The position numbers were made by a program, and so were the translations under genes. 64,000 bases of DNA, taken from NCBI GenBank assembly GCA_002269645.1, contig NIVC01000193.1, positions 53,109-117,108 of the forward strand, read 5' to 3'. Below, one piece after another: positions 20,949 to 31,738 of this stretch. This stretch comes from Macrostomum lignano (taxonomy: Eukaryota). Numbering within the stretch: the first letter of the stretch is position 1; each line of letters opens with the position of its first letter. The notes under the pieces are model-generated. The model ran no database searches and had not been told where the DNA came from. It was given only the letters and a program-made list of their open reading frames with translations.

Positions 20949-23395
20949 TCACTCCATCTCAAAGTCAGTTTGAAATTCCATTCCAATTCCCGCTTGAAAT
21001 TCCTCGCCAAAATCGTCAACTGGGATGTCCTCGACGGCGTTAGCAGCGGAGGAGGGAGATGCGGCAGTCACGGCAGCATCGGCGGAGCTCCATTTCAGAC
21101 AGCGTCTAACACTCTTGCTGCACTTCAGACCGGTGACCAAGCGAATCTCGTTGGCGCTTAAGCCGCTCTGGCTGAGGTCGCGAATTCGAGTCAGTCTGTC
21201 AAATTGAGTTCGCAGTTAAGGAGGATTTTTGTTGTTTGCCACCATTTTTCTATGAAAAGTATTTCATTTTCCAATAATAGCAAATCAAAGGTACCATTTG
21301 AATCGAATGAGCTGTCGGATGAAAAGTGACATACTGGGACTAACCCCTGGGATCCCGGGAATTTGTGAGCCCTAGTGACACGTGTGTAACATTCGGATCT
21401 GGTGGATAGTCTTGTCATTAATGTTACAGCGGATGGGTCTAACTACCATAGTTGACAGGATAGTATAGGATTTGCTACAACTGAAACAGGCAATATTTTG
21501 GCGTGCAGGGAAACTGGTACTCAACGTCTCTCAGGGCGCGTACGTTTATCTATCTCATCTGCCTTTATATTATGACTTGACTTGGTTAAATGTGGTTGGC
21601 GACACCCACCCCCACTCCGTAACTAATCAGACAGCCCTAATCATGTGTGCACTGGCCCACAATAACGGTGCGTACGCACGCACACTACAAGATCAATTAT
21701 TTATTTTATAGAACTTAGGTTACACCGATCCTCTACAGTGGCGTACGCAGGGGGGCAGGGGGCCGCGCGGCCCCCTCCCAATGGAAAGTCCTGCGTACGC
21801 CACTGATCCCTGTGTAAAAATTAGTAATAATAAATAATAATAAAATGTCTATGGCCTTAAATTAGTTAAATTATCACTTGTGGAGCCAGGACTGGTTAAA
21901 TGCTTTGGTTTAGTATACTTTAAGTGTCTTAGTCTGATTAAAAATAACAGTAAAATAAAACCCTCTCTCTAGCCGCCTTTATTATCGATTTTATTGCCTC
22001 GCCATCCGACCCCTAGCTATAACCCCTTCTAGGGACAGGATAATGTACATTGCAGACCCTATCGCAGTTTAAGGGTTGGTTGGGCCTGTCCTCTCTTCAA
22101 TTTTAGTATCACACCCTGCCAAGGCGCCAACCTCCTCCGGAGATAAGCTAGCCTGTACATCGATAACCCCTCCTCCCTCTTTTACAACCTCCCAAAGGCT
22201 CTCTTAAGTCCTGTTGGAACGAAATTAATCCCAAAGATTTTTTATAACTTGTCGCGATTTTATGAAATGAAGCCCAGTACCACCATGCTTGAGCAGAAGA
22301 TGTTTTTCGAACAAGCACTACTTGTATGTACCTATCTGTCATCTATATAATTCTTAAAGTAAACAGACGTATCTTACTTCTAAAAGTAATAAAGTACATG
22401 TAAGATTTTACGATGCGATTTTCTGTGTGTAATGTGAAATGACAAAGCCAGGGGATATAGTCTCACCGAATGCAGTGGTTCGAGTACAGCTTGCTAAGCC
22501 GTGCTTTCTTGCTGACGTATCGCATAAAATTCTGCATATAATTAATACCCCGATTAATACTGGTAGAATAGCCTCTACCGTTGCGCGCCGGTTTAGGGAA
22601 TAGCGAGTTGTCATTAGTAAATTCCGGCAATAGGTTGATGTATGACTTCAGCTGCTCTAAGCCCGTGTACATTCGCACCGACCCACAGGCATTCCTGCTG
22701 GTTCCGCCAGGTGTTAAATCTGTGTAGAAGCCTTCATCCTGCTCCAGAGTTGCGAATTCACGACCCTCTTCGTCGATAGAGAACACTAGGTGGTCGCGTC
22801 TTATTAGCTTTTGCTGGGCCTGTTGGTTATGCCTCTGCTGGTGCTGCGATGGGGTGCAGCCAAAATGGTAGAACAACGCGAATAGCGCTCCATCTTGTAG
22901 ACGCTCCTCCATCGAGTAACCTCCGGCACTGCTGCCATTGAAATAGTCTTCAAGCAGTTGACGGTCAGCGTGCAGCATTGGCGCATAGTGTCGCACGGAG
23001 CTGCCACTGGAGCTAGCATATTCCCGAGCTCGCTGGCCCAACATCCGGTTGGAGGTCATGAACACCGGATTTCCGGGCAGGATTAGCGGTCGACCCAGCA
23101 CCACATCGAAATAGCGCTGAATCCCAGCCCGGATGCAGATTAGCGACGACGGGGAATACAATTTATCTTGCTTCGTTCGCAACGTGAAATAGAAGAAGCG
23201 CAGGTACTCGTTGACGGCTCTCTCGTCGATTGTACGCAGATCAACTTTGGTATTTTTACTGTGAACAAACTGCACAAATCGGGTGCCGTGTTCTATCATC
23301 TGCTCTCGACTGGAGGGTGCAACGGTGCTTAGCATTTCAGCGCTAACTCTAACGAGGTTCTCCGTTGCTCCTGTCTGCTGTTTTACAGAGGACAT
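20949..23395 (-). CDS. Crypton-derived tyrosine-recombinase-like (DUF3504/KCTD1-ZMYM type) protein, ~391 aa, 2 coding exons, probably catalytically inactive
   Basis: Exon 1 23395-22467 ends NHCI-CG|GTGAGA; exon 2 21195-20949 starts after TTTGACAG. The join reads LSKLYSNHCIR-LTRIRDLSQSGLSANEIRLVTGLKCSKSVRRC, matching the Crypton YTNHSLRAT..TGHxS..SLxxY box. Upstream FYFTLRTKQDKLYSPSSLICIRAGIQRY matches the family N-terminal motif. Confidence 0.8.
21736..21805. mobile_element. 70-bp MITE-like palindrome in the Crypton-like gene intron
   Basis: 16-bp perfect inverted ends CAGTGGCGTACGCAGG / CCTGCGTACGCCACTG; no clear TSD. Confidence 0.55.
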
Positions 23396-24091
23396 TTTCT
23401 AAAGTGAAGAATCGCTGTGTAATGTAAAACAAAACCTCTTGTTGACGGCAGCTTAACTAAGTGAAGATTTCGATAGCTTTGCTTGCTTGATATTGTGCGC
23501 AGGGCAGGGGGTGATATTGGGGGAGGGTCGGAGGGAGGATAGTCTATGGCCATGCCTGGTTTTTTGACACAAAATTTAACTATCGGGTGGTGGTTAGACC
23601 ATAGATCTATGGGGCGTTTCTTAGCTTTCTGATCTTTTTTATCTCGCTTCTATTACTTCCGCGACTGCTGAGGCGGTGGCGATCTCTCTCGGGCGCTTTG
23701 TCTGCGGAACGTTGACCAAACATCTCGGTATAATGGGTAAATAATCAGCGGTCCCAGTGCGTGATAACGATTGTCTGGCGAGCGCCGGTAGGCGCGAGCC
23801 ATAGACAAATCGTTGTCACGTGCTGCGACCGCTGATTCTTTGCATTGTTTTTCTGTTTGACGATCCTACAGACAATGCATTGTTTGTAGTAGTGGATTGT
23901 TCTGCAGTAAAAATGTGAATAATGATCGTCAAATTGCTAAACAATGGGAAAGTATACACATTTACCAGCTACGTTGATAGACGTTTAAAACGGCGGCGGA
24001 CGTCTCACCGACGTCGGATTCCTGTAAGGGTGGCAGGCAAGATTTTGGCAGCATTTTGCCGCCAATATAAAGCGCTTATAGTTGCTAGCAG

Positions 24092-24564
24092 CGGTGTCGG
24101 AACATATTTCAAAGTGGGGGGGGCTATATATTGGTGGGAGGCCACATTGCTGCGATCTAAGGGCACCCTGGCCTACTCTCGCTGTTATGTCAGTTTGTGA
24201 CATTGTTACAACCAGGCTAATTATATTCAATTCTGTTTTGAAAGTGGCCAAAAGAGACGCCAAAGTACAAGAGGCGACACGTACTGTACATTCTTTGCAG
24301 TTCTTACATGTGCATTGATCTCTAAGGTGTGGATAGCAACGGTGCGGCCCTCTCGCTCTACCCTTATCTCCCAAGACCACAGACCATGCAATAAGTATAA
24401 CTTAAGTATAACCAATAAGTTATACCTATTGGTCTGCGCCCAAGACTCAGAAAAGCCAAGGCCCAACAAACCCTAACACTAACTTAAAATTAAAAAATGA
24501 CACATGCAGGATTATGCTAAAAGGTGGGGGCTCCCCCAGGCCCCCTTCCCAGGTTCCGACACCG
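24092..24564. mobile_element. MITE-like element
   Basis: Inverted ends CGGTGTCGGAAC / GTTCCGACACCG with G-run and C-run subterminal tracts. A related degenerate element lies at ~24773-24932 (CAGTGGCGGATCCAGG..CCTGGAACCGTCACT). Confidence 0.45.
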
Positions 24565-27500
24565 TATCCCTTTGGGTACGGCACTGAATAAACGGCATTA
24601 AATACTCGTACATCTGAAGCAATTATTGCCCAAGAGCACTTTACCGTTTAGCGAAGTACGTCATGATCGACGTACGTAGTATTAATACATGTACATATAA
24701 CAGATTATAAAAATTAAAGACGAAAATACTTGTATTGAGCATAAATTAAATTATATACTCCCATTAAGCGAACAGTGGCGGATCCAGGATGCTTTTAAAG
24801 TAGGGTGGGGCAAATTGGTCAAACTTTTTTGGTTGGCCCAAAATTTCGCCCTTTGCAAGTTCAGAGTCCAGCCATGCAGAGGGGCAGAGAGGCGTGTGGC
24901 CACCCCGCAGGCCCCACCCCTGGAACCGTCACTTTCGTCAGTCAGTAGTGAATCAGTTTAACATCCCAAAATGAAATTTCTTTATTATACAAAATCAGCC
25001 GCGGATCCAGAAAATTTCAAACGGGGGCACAGGATTTCTACATGTAGGTACATGTATGTAGCACATGACAATGTATATAACCCATAGAAAAAAAACTAAA
25101 ATAAACTCATAAAAACTGTCATGAATCAGACCTAGTCCATGGTCTAAATCAGCAACTGTATCAATTTATCAAATATACTTAATTAATGATTGTGAATCAG
25201 AATACATGCGAACACCATGGCGTGGAGTTAAACTGGGCCTATTACTGCAGACTGCAAGGTGATTAAAAATAATTTAACCGAATAATAATTGGTCATATTC
25301 ATGTAAAATCTGAGAATGAGATATTGTCGATAAATCAATACCTAATATATAGATTTAAATTTAGATTTGTAAATATTTAAAACAGTTTACGTCTAAAACC
25401 CGGAAAGAAAAGAAGTTTCTAGAAAGTTAGTGGCTATTTAAATTGAAATACACGAGTATGCCGTTAACGCCGATTCGCAACACAGCACAGAGTAGATCAG
25501 GCAAAGTATCTGCCAATATCAGCAGCTCTAGTTTGCTGGCCGTTCTTTAAAAACATTTTCATTGTAAACAGTAGGTAGAAGGTAGATGAATTTATGTCAA
25601 AAGTCATGGATGTGATCTTTGATGGATAGGCCTATTCATCAGACAGATGAAACGACCTGTCCATGACCATGTGACATGTCCATGGCGGCATGACCATGGA
25701 CAGACTAGGCGCTAGGCCAAGGCCTACTAAAAATTTCAGGAGAGTCAGGATGCTATAGCATCTTTATTGCACAAAAACCTATTATATTATATAGGGGTTT
25801 TTGTTCTTGGCTCCCTGAAATCTTTTTTTAATCTTAGGCCTATTGTTTCTATTTGGCATTTGTTACTAATACCATGGGCTTTTTTGTAGGGATATTATTT
25901 TTTCTAACTTTCTATTCTACCAATTATGTAGTAAACAAGAATACAATCCACTTTGGTAACAGGCAACAGCCATTTTGGGAACAGCCACTTCAGTAACAAA
26001 GTACAAAGCAGATTTAAGACTGTCAACACTTTATTTGTTTGCATTGCAATTGTTATTTTATATTATGTAACTTAGTAATGCTTGCATAGGTGTAGGAATG
26101 TTTCAAAAAGTGGGGGGGCCAGGTTCAATGGCAGATTTAGGGGGGGGGGGGGAAAGGTACACAGGATGCATGCCCTCGTCAAGTTAGATTTTTTATATGG
26201 AAAATACACATGGCCAATTATTTTCAGAATCCATCATATTAGCATTCATTTTATTAAGTGCTACAGGCATTCATTTTGGCACCAAAGATACTCATTTTAG
26301 TGTTATAGGTATTCATTTCATTTTAACATTACAGGCACTTATTGTAGTGCCATAGTCATAGACACTCATTTTAGCATTGCAGGCACGCATTTTAGTGTTG
26401 CATGTATATGTATTCATTTTGGCATTGCAGGCGAGGCATTATGTTTTGTCACCCTATAGCAAAATGCATTTATGCAAAGTAGCAAAAGTCAAGAATAAGC
26501 AAAAAGTTTACATTTTACATTTAAAATATAGAGGGCCAGGATACCATTATTGGCCTTCCCATTTTAGGCCTAATAGTAATACAAGTAATAGACTATAAGC
26601 TATAGTTATATTATAGATAAAAATATATTATTGGTCTAAGCAAGTCTTATTCCTATGTTATAACATTATTCCAGGATATATTTAGGTATATCTACTATTT
26701 TCTAATCTCTTTATTTACTCTAGTTGCAGATCCAGAGGGGGAGAAGTAGGCCTAGGTCTAGGAGGGCAGCTGCCCTCTTTTTTGCCATGCCATAGTTGAA
26801 CTTACATATGATAAATGGGGGAATATTGCAATTTAAATTTAAGCATAAGGCTTTTTTAGACCAATCTATCCTTTCATTTAAAAATCCTAGATCTACTACT
26901 GATTTGCACATATTAGGCCTTAAGGATTTTTTTTAATCTAGGCATTACTGCAATCAAAAGGGTAAAGGCTTATTTATAGTTTACTCTTAAGTGATATTCT
27001 ATTTATTAAGTAATTCTATTATTGACATTGTTTTATATCTAAATAAGATGATTTCTTTGATTATAAATTTAGAGATAATGTTTAGATAGTAAATCTTATT
27101 AGGCCTAACTTTCTTAATTTTTTGGTATTTTTAACTAATTAACTTCAATAATAAAATCATGACTTTTCTCTTGACTTATTTGACTTAGCTATGGGATAGT
27201 CCATAGACAATATAGAATCAAGGGTTGCCTATTTTTCTAGCCTTTGAAGGCTTAAAAATAGGCAAAAACATAGGTCTATTCAAAGTAGTCCATTAGTCTA
27301 TTTTGCCAATGGTTTGATGTTCTCTATGGACTAATTTCCATATTCTTAAATCTGTTACATAGTTTATTCCAAAGAAAATGACCCCTATGCTATAATTTTT
27401 ATGCAAAAATATTGCAAATGATATATATATTTAAAAGTTAAATATTATACCAAATTTTATCTCATAATTTTTAGCTCCAAATTTTAAGCCTTTTAAACAA

Positions 27501-28469
27501 AAGAATCTTAAAGTGAATAAATATTAATTGTTGTATAGTGTATCCTGTTTTCTATTTATTTTTTTTTCCAAAAAAACTTTAAAAAGTTTTTTTAGTATTG
27601 CCATTATGGCTATGCCATATATTGGCACAGTGGCATGCAAATTTACCATAGTATAGCTATTATGCTATACTAGATAATAGATAAATATGCCAAGCATATT
27701 TTCAGGTCCACTATATCTTAAAAATTTTGTAGCATACATGTAAGATTTGCAAAACAGGGACTTATCTATGATTAATTTCAGAAAAAATAGCTTAATCAAT
27801 TTCCATAAACTGTATACTATTGTCAATTCAATTAGAAATTTTACTACTATTGTGCATGTATCACATGGCTAAAAAATGCTACACATAAAAAGATATTTTA
27901 TTTGAAAAAATGTTTCTTTTGCAAAGGTCAAATTAACTTTTCCACTTAAAATGTATTTTTATAAGAATTTTGAAGAAAAAACTAAGTGACTAAATTCTGA
28001 TTGTAATAATACATTATTATTGTATCACAATAGACCTAAGCTTATCATTTATTGTTGATGAGTTTATTGGTTTATAGGCTATTTTATAGGTTGAAACAAA
28101 TATGTGCAACCCCCGTGCAACTGGCCGTGCAACTTAATTTTTGACCAAAATTGATTTACCTATGAAAGAAACAATCAAATATGAAATCTTACCAATCATT
28201 TGTAAGTATTTGTTAAGTATATAACCAAGGCTAATAATATAATTTGTTATGTAATATTTTTTAGCCATTCAAAAGTGTTATGCTAAAAGTCAATCAGCTA
28301 TACCAAATTTATAGTCAAGTTGCTTTTTCAATTCAATTCTTGAAAATGTTATAAAATTCTAATTTGCCATTTCTTTCAATTTTCTATTCCATTAAGTGAT
28401 GCTGCTAATCAGCATTGCAATAGAAGTCTCCAACTCCTATCAAGTTGTTGTCAATGCCAGACAATCAGC

Positions 28470-30037
28470 TTGAGGCAATTCAGTCAGCAGCTTCTATACT
28501 ACTCATCTGCTAGTAGGATCAGTAGTATAAACGAATGGCGCATTGCATTTGTATTAGGCAAGCCAGGCAGTGGAAAGGGCACTCAAGGTCAGCTCTTGGC
28601 CAGTCGTCTGGGCCTTCACCATCTGTCAGCTGGAGAGCTGCTGAGAAGTGAACTAAAGCGCCTGTCTGACACACCAACTGGTCAGGACATTGCAAACCGA
28701 ATGCTCACTGGCAAGATTGTACCGTCCGAGATCACTTGTCGGTTATTGTTGGATAACATGGCTGCCAGTGCTGTCAGTAGCGGTGCTTGTAAAACAGTAA
28801 GTAAGTCTATTTGCATTATTTTTGTATTAGAGTTTTGGTAAGTATAATTGAATCTTAGTTGAGGCAAACCTTCCGGTTTTGCGCCCTAGATCTAGAATCA
28901 GATCTCAGAATCTCACCCTAGATCTAGAATCAGGTCTCTAAATCTCACCCTAGATCTCGAATCAGCTCTCATAATCTCACCCTAGATCTAGAATCAGCTC
29001 TCTGAATCTCACCCTAGATCTAGAATCAGCTCTCATAATCTCACCCTAGATCTAGAATCAGATCTCTGAATCTCGCCCTAAATCTAGAATCATCTCTCAG
29101 AATCCCACCCTAGATCTAGAATAAGGTCTCAGAATCTCAGCCTCTAATTTGAATCAGATCTCAAAATCTCACTCTAGATCTAGAATCAGATCTTAGAATC
29201 TCACCCTAGATCTAGAATCAGATCTCTGAATCTCACCCTAGATCTAGAATCAAATCTCTGAATCTCACCCTAGATCTAGAATCAGATCTCAGAACCTCAC
29301 CCTAGATCTATAATCAGGTCTCAAAATCTCACCCTAGATCTCGAATCAGCTCTCATAATCTCACCCTAGATCTCGAATCAGCTCTCATAATCTCACCCTA
29401 GATCTAGAATCAGGTCTCAAAATCTCACCCTAGATCTCGAATCAGCTCTCATAATCTCACCCTAGATCTAGAATCAGCTCTCTGAATCTCACCCTAGATC
29501 TAGAATCAGCTCTCATAATCTCACCCTAGATCTAGAATTAGATCTCAGAATCTCACCCTAGATCTAGAATCAGCTCTCAGAATCTCACCTTAGATCTAGT
29601 AACAGATCTCTGAATCTCACTCTACAAAACCTTTCCATTGACTGTAATGCCAGCAGGCAGCCAGCTTCATAATTGATGGATTTCCGCGCAATCTGGACAA
29701 TTGGCTTGGCTGGCAAGGGTGCTGCCCACCTGACAGCGTCAGTAATGCAGCAGATTTGCCAGCGAACCTGTCAGTAGCCGGCGTGCTACTGTTTGATGTG
29801 TCAGACGAAACCTGTTTGAGTCGATGCCTTGAGCGCTCCGGCAGCGTCGGTGTCGGATGTCGAGCCGACGACAATGCGACAACTTTAGCCAAGAGATTGC
29901 AGTCGTACTCGGCCGATACGGAGCCTGTAGTTGGAGAGTTTCAGCGGCTGGGTCTGCTTCATCGGATTGATGCCAGCGGAGGTGTGGAAACGGTCTATCA
30001 ACTGGCCAAGTTGGCTTGCGAGAAAATGCGGTTGTGA
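28470..30037 (+). CDS. cmpk1: UMP-CMP kinase / adenylate-kinase family protein, 2 visible exons, start codon unresolved
   Basis: Exon ~28470/28535-28796 carries FVLGKPGSGKGTQ (P-loop), HLSAGELLR and GKIVP, then donor ACA|GTAAGT. Exon 29654/29657-30037 carries IDGFPRN, RCLER..RADDN and IDA. Confidence 0.8.
28878..29615. repeat. 32-bp minisatellite filling the kinase intron
   Basis: Unit CCTAGATCTAGAATCAGCTCTCTGAATCTCAC. Confidence 0.95.
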
Positions 30038-30139
30038 ATTTATTTGTAGAATTTGACATTTTAGGAGAAGCTGAATTGCTTGGAGTGGGTTTTTAGCTTA
30101 GCTATAAGATTGAAGTCTTGTTTTTTAACTGAGAGAATA

Positions 30140-31390
30140 TCATAGATTATCAGTGAGAATGGCTCTAATCTCATGGATTATCAGTGAGAATGGCTCTAAT
30201 CTCATAGATTATCAGTGAGAGAGAGAGAGAATGGCTCTAATCTCATAGATTATCAGTGAGAATGGCTCTAATCTCATAGATTATCAGTGAGAATGGCTCT
30301 AATCTCATGGATTATCAGTGAGAATGGCTCTAATCTTATAGATTATCAGTGAGAATGGCTCTAATCTCTTGGATTATCAGTGAGAATGGCTCTAATCTTA
30401 TAGATTATCAGTGAGAATGGCTCTAATCTCATAGATTATCAGTGAGAATGGCTCTAATCTCATAGATTATCAGTGAGAATGGCTCTAATCTCATGGATTA
30501 TCAGTGAGAATGGCTCTAATCTCATAGATTATCAGTGAGAATGGCTCTAATCTCATAGATTATCAGTGAGAATGGCTCTAATCTCATAGATTATCAGTGA
30601 GAATGGCTCTAATCTTATAGATTATCAGTGAGAATGGCTCTAATCTCATGGATTATCAGTGAGAATGGCTCTAATCTCATAGATTATCAGTGAGAATGGC
30701 TCTAATCTCATGGATTATCAGTGAGAATGGCTCTAATCTCATGGATTATCAGTGAGAATGGCTCTAATCTCATGGATTATCAGTGAGAATGGCTCTAATC
30801 TCATAGATTATCAGTGAGAATGGCTCTAATCTCATGGATTATCAGTGAGAGTGGCTCTAATCTCATAGATTATCAGTGAGAATGGCTCTAATCTTATAGA
30901 TTATCAGTGAGAATGGCTCTAATCTTATAGATTATCAGTGAGAATGGCTCTAATCTCATAGATTATCAGTGAGAATGGCTCTAATCTTATAGATTATCAG
31001 TGAGAATGGCTCTAATCTTATAGATTATCAGTGAGAATGGCTCTAATCTTATAGATTATCAACGGGAGTGGCTCTAATCTCATGGATTATCAGTGAGAAT
31101 GGCTCTAATCTCATGGATTATCAGTGAGAATGGCTCGCTCTAATCTCATGGATTATCAGTGAGAATGGCTCTAATCTTATAGATTATCAGTGAGAATGGC
31201 GCTAATCTCATGGATTATCAGTGAGAATGGCTCTAATCTCATGGATTATCAGTGAGAATGGCTCTAATCTCATAGATTATCAGTGAGAATGGCTCTAATC
31301 TCATTGATTATCAACGGGAATGGCTCTAATCTCACAGATTATCAGTGAGAAGGGCTCTAATCTCACAGATTATCAACGAGAATGGCTCTA
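30140..31390. repeat. 31-bp minisatellite between the kinase and CHORDC1 genes
   Basis: Unit ATAGATTATCAGTGAGAATGGCTCTAATCTC, about 40 copies. Confidence 0.97.
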
Positions 31391-31738
31391 AAATCAGAGA
31401 CTACCAATGGGATATCAGAGATTATCAATATAAATAACTCTTTAAAATACAGTAAAAATTGCTTACACTTACCATGAAGCCGCTGTTATAAGTCACAAAA
31501 TTCAGCAATCTTTTTAAAAAAAATTATTACTGCTTTGCGTAAATATTTTCATTTACGAAATTCTATTTAAAAAATAAATACATGATTTAAAACTGTTTGC
31601 GTTTGACTAGAAATTGTGTTTATTTTTTATTCTTTTACCAAAAAATTCCGTCTATACTACTAGTTGAGTTTACGGAAAGTAAGTAGCTACATCGAATTGT
31701 ATTGAATTTCATGCTTAATCAATCTACAATTAATTGCA

